Sequence record: NC_018087.3
Length of the DNA stretch: 64,000 nucleotides
From: Acinetobacter phage ZZ1
Direction: 5' to 3' (one strand)
Within the stretch, counting starts at the first letter, position 1, and each line of letters opens with the position of its first letter. The notes under the pieces are model-generated. The model searched no databases. It had not been told where the DNA came from and saw only the letters and a list, made by a program, of their open reading frames with translations. The position numbers and the translations under genes were made by a program. This document shows, one piece after another, positions 43,701 through 52,190 of this stretch.

Positions 43701-44885
43701 TTAGAATCCAAAAATATCTTCAAGCGATGCCCGCTTTTCAAATTTAAGCCCTGCTGCGTCACTCATTGCCTCTAGAGGTTTTTTGAATGATTTCGCAAAC
43801 ATTTCTGCCGTATCAATATGACGTAAAACATCATCTCGAATTTCTTTTGGTAAATCATTACCAGACGGCCAAGCCATAACTTTTTCACCAAATGGATTAC
43901 CCTGTTTGAGTGGGATAACCATAACTTTTTCGCCTTCCATAATATCAGGAAGACCTTGGAATTTTTTAATTGCTCGTTTATATGCAAGTACACCACGAAT
44001 ATGACCAGGACATTTTAATCCAGGGAATCCTTTATCGTCATATTTTGCAATATTGTTTGCTGCTGATACTTTAGCAACCACCTTATAATCCAATTTACGG
44101 AATTCTGCATCAAATTCCTTATAATATTCTTGTAAAGATGATTCACCTTCTTGTAACATACGACGAACAGCTTCATATAATGCATCTTTAACCGCTTTTG
44201 GTGTAGATGATTTTTGTGTTTCCAGCCCCATGATTTTTAAATATGGTTCTTTAAAACGCACGCCTTCCATGTCGTATACATTTAATGCATAACGTTTCTT
44301 CGCGGTCCAGAATGCACCAATACCGTCAGAACCTAATGGTGGGCATGCAATTGCTTCGCGGTCCATAAACATTAATTGTTCATAATTGTTTAAGTATTCG
44401 CACATTTCAGCAAAGCCTGCATTAATAACAGGTTCGATCTTTTTAGATGCAACAGCATCCAAGAAATCTACAAGTTGTTCAGTTGTTGTAAATCGGTCCA
44501 ACCCAACCTTTTCAATCAATGGTGATAGTTCAAGATATAATGAATCAGTATCACCATAAATGACATATGCATGATTTGTAGTACCACACATCTCATTCAA
44601 ATATGCGTTAATCTTTCGTTCGGTCCATTGTAATACAAGTTGACCAAAAATAGTAATAGCTTCTGCATTTCGAAGATCATAAAAGCGGAACCAAATATTA
44701 CCCAATGCACCATAAAGTGAGTTAATCAATAATTTACGGTTAATCTGATTCGTGTCACATAATGTAATATAGTCTTCGCATTGGTCTTCTAACGCAATAA
44801 GTTCTTCTTGCGAAAGTGTCTGCAAATATGCAATTTCTTCTTCTGTAAAGTCCCGGCTAAAGTCAAGAACCATATCATACTCCAA
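43701..44885 (-). CDS. 43: DNA polymerase (family B, T4 gp43) C-terminal portion, 43B
   Basis: 394 aa. Motif B KLLINSLYGALG, motif C YGDTDS and the C-terminal ...ASLEDIFGF are collinear with T4 gp43 residues from about 490 to the end. Confidence 0.85.
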   Translation of the reverse strand: MEYDMVLDFSRDFTEEEIAYLQTLSQEELIALEDQCEDYITLCDTNQINRKLLINSLYGALGNIWFRFYDLRNAEAITIFGQLVLQWTERKINAYLNEMCGTTNHAYVIYGDTDSLYLELSPLIEKVGLDRFTTTEQLVDFLDAVASKKIEPVINAGFAEMCEYLNNYEQLMFMDREAIACPPLGSDGIGAFWTAKKRYALNVYDMEGVRFKEPYLKIMGLETQKSSTPKAVKDALYEAVRRMLQEGESSLQEYYKEFDAEFRKLDYKVVAKVSAANNIAKYDDKGFPGLKCPGHIRGVLAYKRAIKKFQGLPDIMEGEKVMVIPLKQGNPFGEKVMAWPSGNDLPKEIRDDVLRHIDTAEMFAKSFKKPLEAMSDAAGLKFEKRASLEDIFGF

Positions 44886-44930
44886 TATAAGGGTTTAAAT
44901 TATTATACAATTAATATAAAAATAAGCGCT

Positions 44931-45170
44931 TTAATCATCATCTCGTGGGTTAATGGTATAAGTTAAACCAATGTAGCCTACAACTTCATCAGGTAAATCA
45001 ATGAATAAAATCTTTGCAACTTCAATTAGTTCATTGATTTTTAGTTTAGCAATATTCATGTCATCAGAATAATCACCACTTGAATAAGTATTAGAATAAT
45101 CGGCATATGTATAATCATACACGTGCTTTTCTAAACGCTTAATAAAATTATCATGTTGAGATTTAGTCAT
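44931..45170 (-). CDS. hypothetical protein (inside the gp43 split)
   Basis: 79-aa ORF. Confidence 0.4.
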   Translation of the reverse strand: MTKSQHDNFIKRLEKHVYDYTYADYSNTYSSGDYSDDMNIAKLKINELIEVAKILFIDLPDEVVGYIGLTYTINPRDDD

Positions 45171-45212
45171 ATGTACCTCAAAAATAAAAAGAAGGCTTAA
45201 AGCCTTCTTTAG

Positions 45213-45593
45213 TTAAATTGATAACATCCTATTATTCAGAACAATGCGAATTACCTTATCGACGGTTATACTGTTTCTTAGTGATGCATTGGCTGAAATT
45301 TTACTTAGGCCTTCATGTGCCAAATAAAATAAAAGTTTATTTGGGTCTGCATCATAATGAACAACATGATCTAATTTGGGTTCCCACTTTTCCTTTTTAA
45401 CAAGATGTACTGTAAAATCCGTTGAAAACGGATTTTTACGTATTTGATCCATTAAATTATTAATAACATCATTTAGAATTGCTTCAAATGTCTTCTCATA
45501 TTGAGAGATTTGTTTACGAGCTTCGTCGCATATAAATTGATCTAAAGTTGTCATTAAATATTCCATATAAAAAGTGGCCAGTAATTTGACCAC
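45213..45593 (-). CDS. hypothetical protein (inside the gp43 split)
   Basis: 126-aa ORF. Confidence 0.45.
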   Translation of the reverse strand: MVKLLATFYMEYLMTTLDQFICDEARKQISQYEKTFEAILNDVINNLMDQIRKNPFSTDFTVHLVKKEKWEPKLDHVVHYDADPNKLLFYLAHEGLSKISANASLRNSITVDKVIRIVLNNRMLSI

Positions 45594-45603
45594 TTATATA
45601 TAT

Positions 45604-45804
45604 TTAGAACATTGCGTTTACAGTTTGAGACCCCGCTTCAAATGGATTTTTAAACATTACACAACCACATAAAAACCCAGCCAGATATAATAATGGGATA
45701 CAAAACAATAATCCAAATAAAATACGCCAAGCCAGAGGTGCTTTTTCGCTAAATCCTTCAGCATCTTCCCATGCATTTTTAATTTGAAATAAAATATCAG
45801 ACAT
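45604..45804 (-). CDS. small membrane protein (inside the gp43 split)
   Basis: 66-aa ORF with a hydrophobic core. Confidence 0.4.
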   Translation of the reverse strand: MSDILFQIKNAWEDAEGFSEKAPLAWRILFGLLFCIPLLYLAGFLCGCVMFKNPFEAGSQTVNAMF

Positions 45805-46154
45805 TATATTACTCCTACCAAATAATTTAATATATGTAGTGTCGGTGTAATTCGTAAATCAGATTGATATGATTGCATTGCCATAGTATGAACATATTCA
45901 ACTGTTGAATTATGTGTACAACGAGCGTTTAATGTTGTTTCAATATTTTTACGAACTTGATCCACAGTATTAAAATATGTTTTCGGCCTTGGCAAATTTA
46001 AGGCTTTTAAAATTGCGGGTTGCCAATTAACAGAGAAGCCTTGTGGCTTCTCTTGAATAATAAACAAATGTGTTTCTAAACGCTCAAACACTTCATTTGT
46101 TTGACTAGATTTCATAACGTTTAACCACCATATCGTAACGAGGATGTTTTGCAC
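45804..46154 (-). CDS. hypothetical protein (inside the gp43 split)
   Basis: 116-aa ORF. Confidence 0.45.
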   Translation of the reverse strand: MQNILVTIWWLNVMKSSQTNEVFERLETHLFIIQEKPQGFSVNWQPAILKALNLPRPKTYFNTVDQVRKNIETTLNARCTHNSTVEYVHTMAMQSYQSDLRITPTLHILNYLVGVI

Positions 46155-46428
46155 GTAATTCTGATTGAATTTTTACAAAACCATCAAAAATTTCATGTAA
46201 CAAAGGTACTGTAATTGCTTTATGACTTAATGTTTTAGCCAATTCTAAAATTGCATCGCGAATATCTTTACGAACATCATCAGCAAACTGGTTTATAAAC
46301 ATATCATCACAATCTAATAATGCATTACCGTCACGAATTATGCATAAGTATGGATATACATTAACACTTTGAACTTGTGAGTTATGTGAAATTACGCCAG
46401 CATCAAATTCAATAAAATTGGTTTTCAT
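46105..46428 (-). CDS. hypothetical protein (inside the gp43 split)
   Basis: 107-aa ORF. Confidence 0.45.
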   Translation of the reverse strand: MKTNFIEFDAGVISHNSQVQSVNVYPYLCIIRDGNALLDCDDMFINQFADDVRKDIRDAILELAKTLSHKAITVPLLHEIFDGFVKIQSELRAKHPRYDMVVKRYEI

Positions 46429-46455
46429 AACATTTTCCTCAAATACTTTAAAAGA

Positions 46456-46728
46456 TTAAGCAATAACTAATTTAGTTGCGATTGGCTCAAGTTCATCTGC
46501 TAAGGCCGCTAAGTTTAATGTTGTTACATCAACACCAATGTAATTATGGATAATACGTTCCATTTGTTGGATTTCATTTAAATTTGATTCGCGAATATAT
46601 TCGGGTACAACAAATTTAACTGAATCATTTGCAAATAAAACAGATACTTCACCCAAAGTAATTTTACCGTCAAGCGAACGTGTTGCGCGAGCATCTACAA
46701 CTGCTTTACATTGATTTAATACTTTCAT
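46456..46728 (-). CDS. hypothetical protein (inside the gp43 split)
   Basis: 90-aa ORF. Confidence 0.45.
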   Translation of the reverse strand: MKVLNQCKAVVDARATRSLDGKITLGEVSVLFANDSVKFVVPEYIRESNLNEIQQMERIIHNYIGVDVTTLNLAALADELEPIATKLVIA

Positions 46729-46789
46729 TTCATTTACCTTGTTTGCTTGATGTGATCATTATATCACATCCCTGTGATAATGGAACCCT

Positions 46790-48298
46790 TTATTTAATTA
46801 ATTTTTTAATTATTTCTGCATTACGTTCTGCAGTCTTCATTTTCTTCTTCCATTCTTTACGTTGGAAGAAAACTTTAGCTGTTTCACGTGGAATCACACC
46901 TTGTTTGGTCTTATCATACATCATGCCACTCGGTGAACATGAATAACGATCAGAAGGTTTCTTAGCAATTCGTCCAATATAGTCTGCTAAAGGTGCCGGT
47001 GCAAATTGGCCAGCAATTGTTTCTGGACTAATATTAACTTGTCGAATAATCGATGGGTAAAGTGATGTTACGTCAAATGATACAACATACTTATATGCCC
47101 CAGGTTTTGGTTCTTTAACAAATGCACCTGCATATGGTTGTCGTACATTAGATTTGGTTTCCGGTAACACCAAATGATCAGGTTTCAATGAGTTAAAAAT
47201 AATCGCATCCCAGGTTTTTACTGGACTCATTACACCTTGAATATTCATTTTAGCATAATAACCCATCGAAATAGATAGATTAATAAATCCACGCTTCATA
47301 TCAATAGCTTGTACACAGTATACGTCTACAATGTTATATGAAATATAACGCTGATGATTTGTACTTCGTAATTTATTAATTGGACCATCATATGCCAATT
47401 TATTGATTTTTGCTTCATACTCTGCAATATAATCAAGTTTATATGTAGGCTGAGTAGTAAATGAGAACTTTTTATAAAGATCAATATAATCTAAAATTTG
47501 AACACCTGAAATACTAAAAATTTCAGCGTCACCATACATATTTGTAATTGTCTTAGATGTAATACGACCAAATGGACTCATTTTTTTCATATAAGAAACG
47601 CCGAGTACGTTCTTAATACGATTTAATAAGTACGGGATATCAAACCCTTCAATATTCCATCCTGTGAAAATAACGGGAGGTTTTTCTTCCCAAAGACGAA
47701 CATATTCTTGCAGCATTTCATGTTCAGTATCAAATGCGAAGTATACAACTTTATCTAAAATATGTTGTGGGACTTCATCACCACCTTCAGACTCAGGCAA
47801 AGCTGCTTTAATACGATCCCAGGGTTCAACACGCCCATCGCTAGAATTTAATAAATCAAATACATAATACTTATCATCTATCGAATCATAATGCGTAATA
47901 GCATCAATTTCGTATTTTGCAAATGCAGGCTCAGGGAACTCAGGTGCTGTTACCTCAATGTCACAATTGGCAACACGAATCGCTTTGCGGTCATATGTGA
48001 TATCTGAATTATATGTGTCAGAAATATAGGCTAGTTTAAAATCGTCCATGCCTAAAATTTCAACAATACCACGAGTCTTTTGGGCCCATTCTTTTGCTGC
48101 ACGAATAGATGTAAATTCTTTTGGTAAACACGGTTTACCATAAATGTCTTTATGCTTAGTTACAGTACCTTCTTTTGCATGAATAAACAATGTTGGTTCA
48201 TATGCAACTTCACGACGTTTTTCAATACCATCTTCAATATAACGTTCCTGAATTAAATCACCGGATTGTTCTACTACTAGATAAAAAGTATTACTCAT
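46790..48298 (-). CDS. 43: DNA polymerase (family B, T4 gp43) N-terminal portion, 43A (3'-5' exonuclease domain plus motif A)
   Basis: 502 aa. Exo motifs (FDIEVT...) and motif A FDVTSLYPSIIRQVNISPETIAGQF are nearly identical to T4 DLTSLYPSIIRQVNISPETIRGQF. The ORF ends at ...NAEIIKKLIK, corresponding to about T4 residue 475. Confidence 0.85.
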   Translation of the reverse strand: MSNTFYLVVEQSGDLIQERYIEDGIEKRREVAYEPTLFIHAKEGTVTKHKDIYGKPCLPKEFTSIRAAKEWAQKTRGIVEILGMDDFKLAYISDTYNSDITYDRKAIRVANCDIEVTAPEFPEPAFAKYEIDAITHYDSIDDKYYVFDLLNSSDGRVEPWDRIKAALPESEGGDEVPQHILDKVVYFAFDTEHEMLQEYVRLWEEKPPVIFTGWNIEGFDIPYLLNRIKNVLGVSYMKKMSPFGRITSKTITNMYGDAEIFSISGVQILDYIDLYKKFSFTTQPTYKLDYIAEYEAKINKLAYDGPINKLRSTNHQRYISYNIVDVYCVQAIDMKRGFINLSISMGYYAKMNIQGVMSPVKTWDAIIFNSLKPDHLVLPETKSNVRQPYAGAFVKEPKPGAYKYVVSFDVTSLYPSIIRQVNISPETIAGQFAPAPLADYIGRIAKKPSDRYSCSPSGMMYDKTKQGVIPRETAKVFFQRKEWKKKMKTAERNAEIIKKLIK

Positions 48299-48340
48299 AT
48301 TTTAATCCTCATCAAGATATACTAATTATAAAATAAAAAA

Positions 48341-48359
48341 GGGGAAAGCAACTTTCCCC
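48341..48359 (-). terminator. rho-independent terminator (ggggaaag-caa-ctttcccc)
   Basis: aaaaaaggggaaagcaactttcccctttt, after the stop at 48365. Confidence 0.55.
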
Positions 48360-48364
48360 TTTTA

Positions 48365-48598
48365 TTACTTGTCGCCTTGGACAACAGCTGTTTTTGTCAT
48401 TTCTTCTTGAGGTACAAATCCATTATCTGTTTTTACAAAACACCCACTAATTAATGAATATTTTGTGGTACGGCCTGTAATAGATTCATAACTGTTACAT
48501 TTAATATAGCCACTCACTGTATTGTATGTTAAGCCTACTACAACAATAACACAGACGATAATAACAGAGAATATGAGTTCAATTAAATTATTGCTCAT
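48365..48598 (-). CDS. small membrane protein
   Basis: 77 aa with one TM segment. Confidence 0.45.
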   Translation of the reverse strand: MSNNLIELIFSVIIVCVIVVVGLTYNTVSGYIKCNSYESITGRTTKYSLISGCFVKTDNGFVPQEEMTKTAVVQGDK

Positions 48599-48982
48599 TT
48601 ATGCACCTACAACATATTTTGATTTAAGAGTCCACTCGGCTTTCTGTGCAGCTTTAATAACACGAAAATTATTGGTAACTTCAATTTCAGGTGGCGCAAA
48701 TTCAACCTCAACAAGACCCCATGTTTCAAGTGTCTTAGCAATAGAAACAGTACGTTGAACATCTTCATCGCTAATATTAACTACTTTACCATCCAAGCGC
48801 ATCATATCTTTAAAGTGAACAATATAAAATTTAGGTTCACCTGTCGCAGGGTCTTGTTTTTTCAAGATATGACATGATTGATATAAAACTTTATCACGTT
48901 GATTTGCAATACCCATACGGGTTAAGGTTTCTTTTACTTTCAAAAAGTTTTCAGATTGTACAAGTTTAATAGGGATCATCAT
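48599..48982 (-). CDS. regA: translational repressor RegA
   Basis: 127 aa. FLKVKETLTRMGIANQRDKVLYQSCHILKK is nearly identical to T4 RegA FLKVKETLTRMGIANNKDKVLYQSCHILQK. Confidence 0.9.
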   Translation of the reverse strand: MMIPIKLVQSENFLKVKETLTRMGIANQRDKVLYQSCHILKKQDPATGEPKFYIVHFKDMMRLDGKVVNISDEDVQRTVSIAKTLETWGLVEVEFAPPEIEVTNNFRVIKAAQKAEWTLKSKYVVGA

Positions 48983-49566
48983 AGTAGTTTCAACTCTTTA
49001 AGTTCTTTGGGATTTTTGGTAATTGACTTTAAAAAGTCGTCTGTCGCTAATGCTTTAGCATCGCGTAATACTTCAGTTAACTTACCTTTATGCTCAAGTA
49101 ATTTTCGATAGTCATAAGCCGTATTTGCATTAACTTTATAATATTTCATTAAAAGCTGAATAATATATTTGTCTTTAAAACTCTCATCCAGCTTTACAGT
49201 TTTGCTAAATCTACGACCTTTTGGAATCAACATTGTCAAATAATTATGATGATGTTGATCACTAAGACCTTGTAATACCATATTGGACATATACACAGCA
49301 GGCATACATTCAATGTGTCGACTTAACATGTTGTCAATCATAAACTTTGAATAGTCCATATGCATTACAGACATTTCACGTTTATTTTGATTGATATTAT
49401 TTAAGATTTTAAACAAATCGGCTTCTGGCTTTTCTTTAAATTCGTCAGCAAGTTTTTTAACTGCATCCCAATCTTTATTCATCCAAGCAACTTCATGAGG
49501 ATTAAGTTGAACTTCATCCTCATCAAATAAACAAATCATACTCATTTTATCACTCCAATTATACAC
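48979..49566 (-). CDS. 62: clamp loader small subunit (T4 gp62)
   Basis: 195 aa. Position between regA and gene 44 and a size close to T4 gp62 (187 aa). Confidence 0.65.
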   Translation of the reverse strand: MYNWSDKMSMICLFDEDEVQLNPHEVAWMNKDWDAVKKLADEFKEKPEADLFKILNNINQNKREMSVMHMDYSKFMIDNMLSRHIECMPAVYMSNMVLQGLSDQHHHNYLTMLIPKGRRFSKTVKLDESFKDKYIIQLLMKYYKVNANTAYDYRKLLEHKGKLTEVLRDAKALATDDFLKSITKNPKELKELKLL

Positions 49567-49598
49567 CGGTCATTATAACATATATGACCGGCAAAGCA

Positions 49599-50558
49599 TT
49601 AGTTAAATTGCATTTCTTTAAGTAATTGGATAAACATATACACCAGGTGAATTTCCAAATTTGCACAAAGCCCTTTCATTTGATTATTTTCACCAATGAT
49701 TTCATACATTCGTAAAATTGAAACTTTGTTGACACGAGTATATAATTCGTTTGCCAATTTTTCAATAAAATTTGAATAATCCGGTGCATATTTTGCAGCC
49801 AATGCTCTAAGTTGTGCAAAGTCTTTGTTTTGAATTGCTGTAAGAACATCATCAATAGACCCACGAGTTTCCATAACAATAGACAGGATACCCGCATCAA
49901 TTTTGCCATTGGTTGAGTAATGATCTAATGCAACAATTGTTGACCGGAAGTCAGGGAAGTTCTTTTTAACTAATGCAGCTAATACTTTAGGCTCTTCAAC
50001 AACAATACCTTCGTTTTTACAAATTTCCATTGAACGTTGAATCATTTCACGCATCATTTGAACCGAATCTTCTGCAGTCGGTTGACCAAATTTAATAACG
50101 CGCGAACGTGAACGAATGGCTTCAAGAATACCATCAAGATTATTTGCCGTAATAATCAATGAACATGATTTGCCATATGATTCCATAAATGAACGCAAGT
50201 AACGTTGTGCCTCGCCAAGTTGTGCACGGTCAAACTCATCAAGAATAATAACTTTTTGTTTACCTTCTAATGATTTTGATGTTGCAAAACGAGTTAATTC
50301 ATTTTTAATGAAATCAATACCAACACCAGATCCGTTCACAAACATATATTCAGCATCGACATCATTACATAATGCATTTGCAACTGTAGTTTTACCGGTA
50401 CCGGGAGAATTTGATTGTAATACTAAATGAGGTAAACGTTTTTTCTTAACTAGACCACGAAAAATTTCTTTATCCGCGGCTGGTAAAATACACTCTTCAA
50501 TTGAACCTGGACGATATTTAAGTTCAAACATGTGCTCGCGTTCATTAACTGTTAACAT
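49599..50558 (-). CDS. 44: clamp loader large subunit (T4 gp44, AAA+)
   Basis: 319 aa. Walker A NSPGTGKTT, DEFD box and SRC-like sensor. Collinear with T4 gp44 (319 aa), which starts MITVNEKEHILEQKYRP. Confidence 0.9.
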   Translation of the reverse strand: MLTVNEREHMFELKYRPGSIEECILPAADKEIFRGLVKKKRLPHLVLQSNSPGTGKTTVANALCNDVDAEYMFVNGSGVGIDFIKNELTRFATSKSLEGKQKVIILDEFDRAQLGEAQRYLRSFMESYGKSCSLIITANNLDGILEAIRSRSRVIKFGQPTAEDSVQMMREMIQRSMEICKNEGIVVEEPKVLAALVKKNFPDFRSTIVALDHYSTNGKIDAGILSIVMETRGSIDDVLTAIQNKDFAQLRALAAKYAPDYSNFIEKLANELYTRVNKVSILRMYEIIGENNQMKGLCANLEIHLVYMFIQLLKEMQFN

Positions 50559-50579
50559 ACTATTTTACTCCGATCAGGT

Positions 50580-50595
50580 GAGGCCCGAAGGCCTC
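50580..50595 (-). terminator. terminator hairpin gaggcc-cgaa-ggcctc
   Basis: Between the gene 45 stop (50601) and the gene 44 start. The weak T tract suggests attenuation rather than a full stop. Confidence 0.4.
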
Positions 50596-50600
50596 AATTA

Positions 50601-51290
50601 TTAAAAGTTGTGTGATGATTCATCTTCAACTGCGATTACATAATTTGCAGCAGTACCTTCAAAACGGGCTGCAAATAAATGATCTTTTGCCCATAATTGA
50701 ACTTTATAAGTATCAGACTGTAATTTTAAATTTGTTAAATTAATCACAAAATTAAAATCACGTGAACCATCATAGTCCGAAACTTCAAAAGTTGAAAGTG
50801 GTTTTTCAAGATTTGGATCAATTGTTTTGTTGAATGCATTAATAACGACCAATCCAGACTTATTTGTAATCGCTACTGTATCAGCGCCAAGACCACGTGC
50901 AATTTTCATAACCTGATTATATTCTTCGGCAGGCAACTCAAATTCAACTTCAGCTGGCGGGAATTGAATTGGTTTTTTAGGATACACAATTGCCGATGGG
51001 TCACACGATGGCCAAATAATTTCAGAACGTTTACCTTTAATAATAATATCTGCACCTTTAACAGACACTTCCGAATCTTCACCAGATAAAGATAAAATAC
51101 TTAAAAATGCATTTAAATCATAAATAGCAACATCAAAATCAATAGTGTCTTCAGGCTGAAGATTTACTTCACCGTATGTTGCACCATTTGCGGCACGAGT
51201 CATAATAAATGTGCCAGCTGTTAAGTTAATGCCAGTATTAATAGTTGCAAAGTTTTTAAGAGTTGCAATTAGACCTTTAGAAAATTTCAT
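50601..51290 (-). CDS. 45: sliding clamp (T4 gp45)
   Basis: 229 aa. MKFSKGLIATLKNFATINTGI... parallels T4 gp45 MKLSKDTTALLKNFATINSGI. The C-terminus YVIAVEDESSHNF parallels T4 YVVALEADSTHDF. Confidence 0.9.
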   Translation of the reverse strand: MKFSKGLIATLKNFATINTGINLTAGTFIMTRAANGATYGEVNLQPEDTIDFDVAIYDLNAFLSILSLSGEDSEVSVKGADIIIKGKRSEIIWPSCDPSAIVYPKKPIQFPPAEVEFELPAEEYNQVMKIARGLGADTVAITNKSGLVVINAFNKTIDPNLEKPLSTFEVSDYDGSRDFNFVINLTNLKLQSDTYKVQLWAKDHLFAARFEGTAANYVIAVEDESSHNF

Positions 51291-51321
51291 TCATTACACC
51301 TTTCAAATCAATTAAGTTAAA

Positions 51322-51792
51322 TTATTTTACATCACGTTGTGCGAAACGCGTAATAAACATTTGGGCAGCTTGAATCAATAATTCATCCGGATTTTTACAG
51401 AATTCATCTGATAAACGTTTAAAACCGCCGACACGAATTTCTTTAGCACCAGCCGCTTCAGCTTCTTTATTTGCATTTGCTAAAAGTTCAACCCAAATTT
51501 CATTAGTCTCCTGGTCAAATGATTTATATAATTGTCGTTTTACATCACCAGGAAAATGTGCAAATTTGGCTTTTACTTCATCCGGCATTTGCAATGACCA
51601 TGCTTTTCGAATACGATTATCAGCAGATTGACCTACGGCGTCATTCGTTGTATTTGCTGCGGTACGTTTAGGTTGCAAGTCATTTACCGTAATTTCTTTA
51701 AAGATCATAATAAGATTACCTTGTTTCGTTACATCTATTTTAATATAAAATTTGTGAAGCATTTGAAGTTGTTTGGTCGTTAAAATTTTCAA
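51322..51792 (-). CDS. hypothetical protein in the rpbA position
   Basis: 156-aa track ORF. The true start is probably internal, since it overlaps the upstream ORF. Call is by synteny only (upstream of gene 45). Confidence 0.35.
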   Translation of the reverse strand: MKILTTKQLQMLHKFYIKIDVTKQGNLIMIFKEITVNDLQPKRTAANTTNDAVGQSADNRIRKAWSLQMPDEVKAKFAHFPGDVKRQLYKSFDQETNEIWVELLANANKEAEAAGAKEIRVGGFKRLSDEFCKNPDELLIQAAQMFITRFAQRDVK

Positions 51793-51964
51793 TCAACGAC
51801 CATGCTTTACTACGACCCGATTTAATTTTCATTAATTCGGATTCATCAGTAAAAGCTTGTTCAAGCATTGCGTCCGTAACTAAACGCTCTTCACCTGTGA
51901 ATAAGTTAATTAGTGTCCATGTTTTAAATTCAGGATATGTTTCTAAATCACTGAATACACTCAT
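51740..51964 (-). CDS. hypothetical protein
   Basis: 74-aa ORF. Confidence 0.35.
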   Translation of the reverse strand: MSVFSDLETYPEFKTWTLINLFTGEERLVTDAMLEQAFTDESELMKIKSGRSKAWSLIENFNDQTTSNASQILY

Positions 51965-51976
51965 TATACACCTCTC

Positions 51977-52189
51977 TTACATTAAGCGAATTAAATTTAA
52001 GTCCCGAATATATTCATATGGAGATTGATCATCAGGATGACATTCTATAAAAAGTTCCCAGTGCTGACGAACTTTATGCATCCACTTATCGTAATCACCT
52101 AAATTACGATCATTAAAATCTGCAATTGCCCCATCCAGGCAGTATAACAGATCATCTAAGACTTCTTTACATTCTGGTGTTAAACTCAT
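51977..52189 (-). CDS. hypothetical protein (T4 45.2 position)
   Basis: 70-aa ORF. Confidence 0.4.
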   Translation of the reverse strand: MSLTPECKEVLDDLLYCLDGAIADFNDRNLGDYDKWMHKVRQHWELFIECHPDDQSPYEYIRDLNLIRLM

Positions 52190-52190
52190 T

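Noticed and set aside
43701-48298. Intein or ribosomal bypass as the explanation for the interrupted gp43
   Set aside because: The 1.9-kb insert contains six separate stop-delimited ORFs with their own starts and ribosome-binding sites. 43B begins with its own Met. Nothing resembles an intein block (no Cys/Ser +1 and terminal His-Asn) or a T4 gene-60-type 50-nt bypass element.
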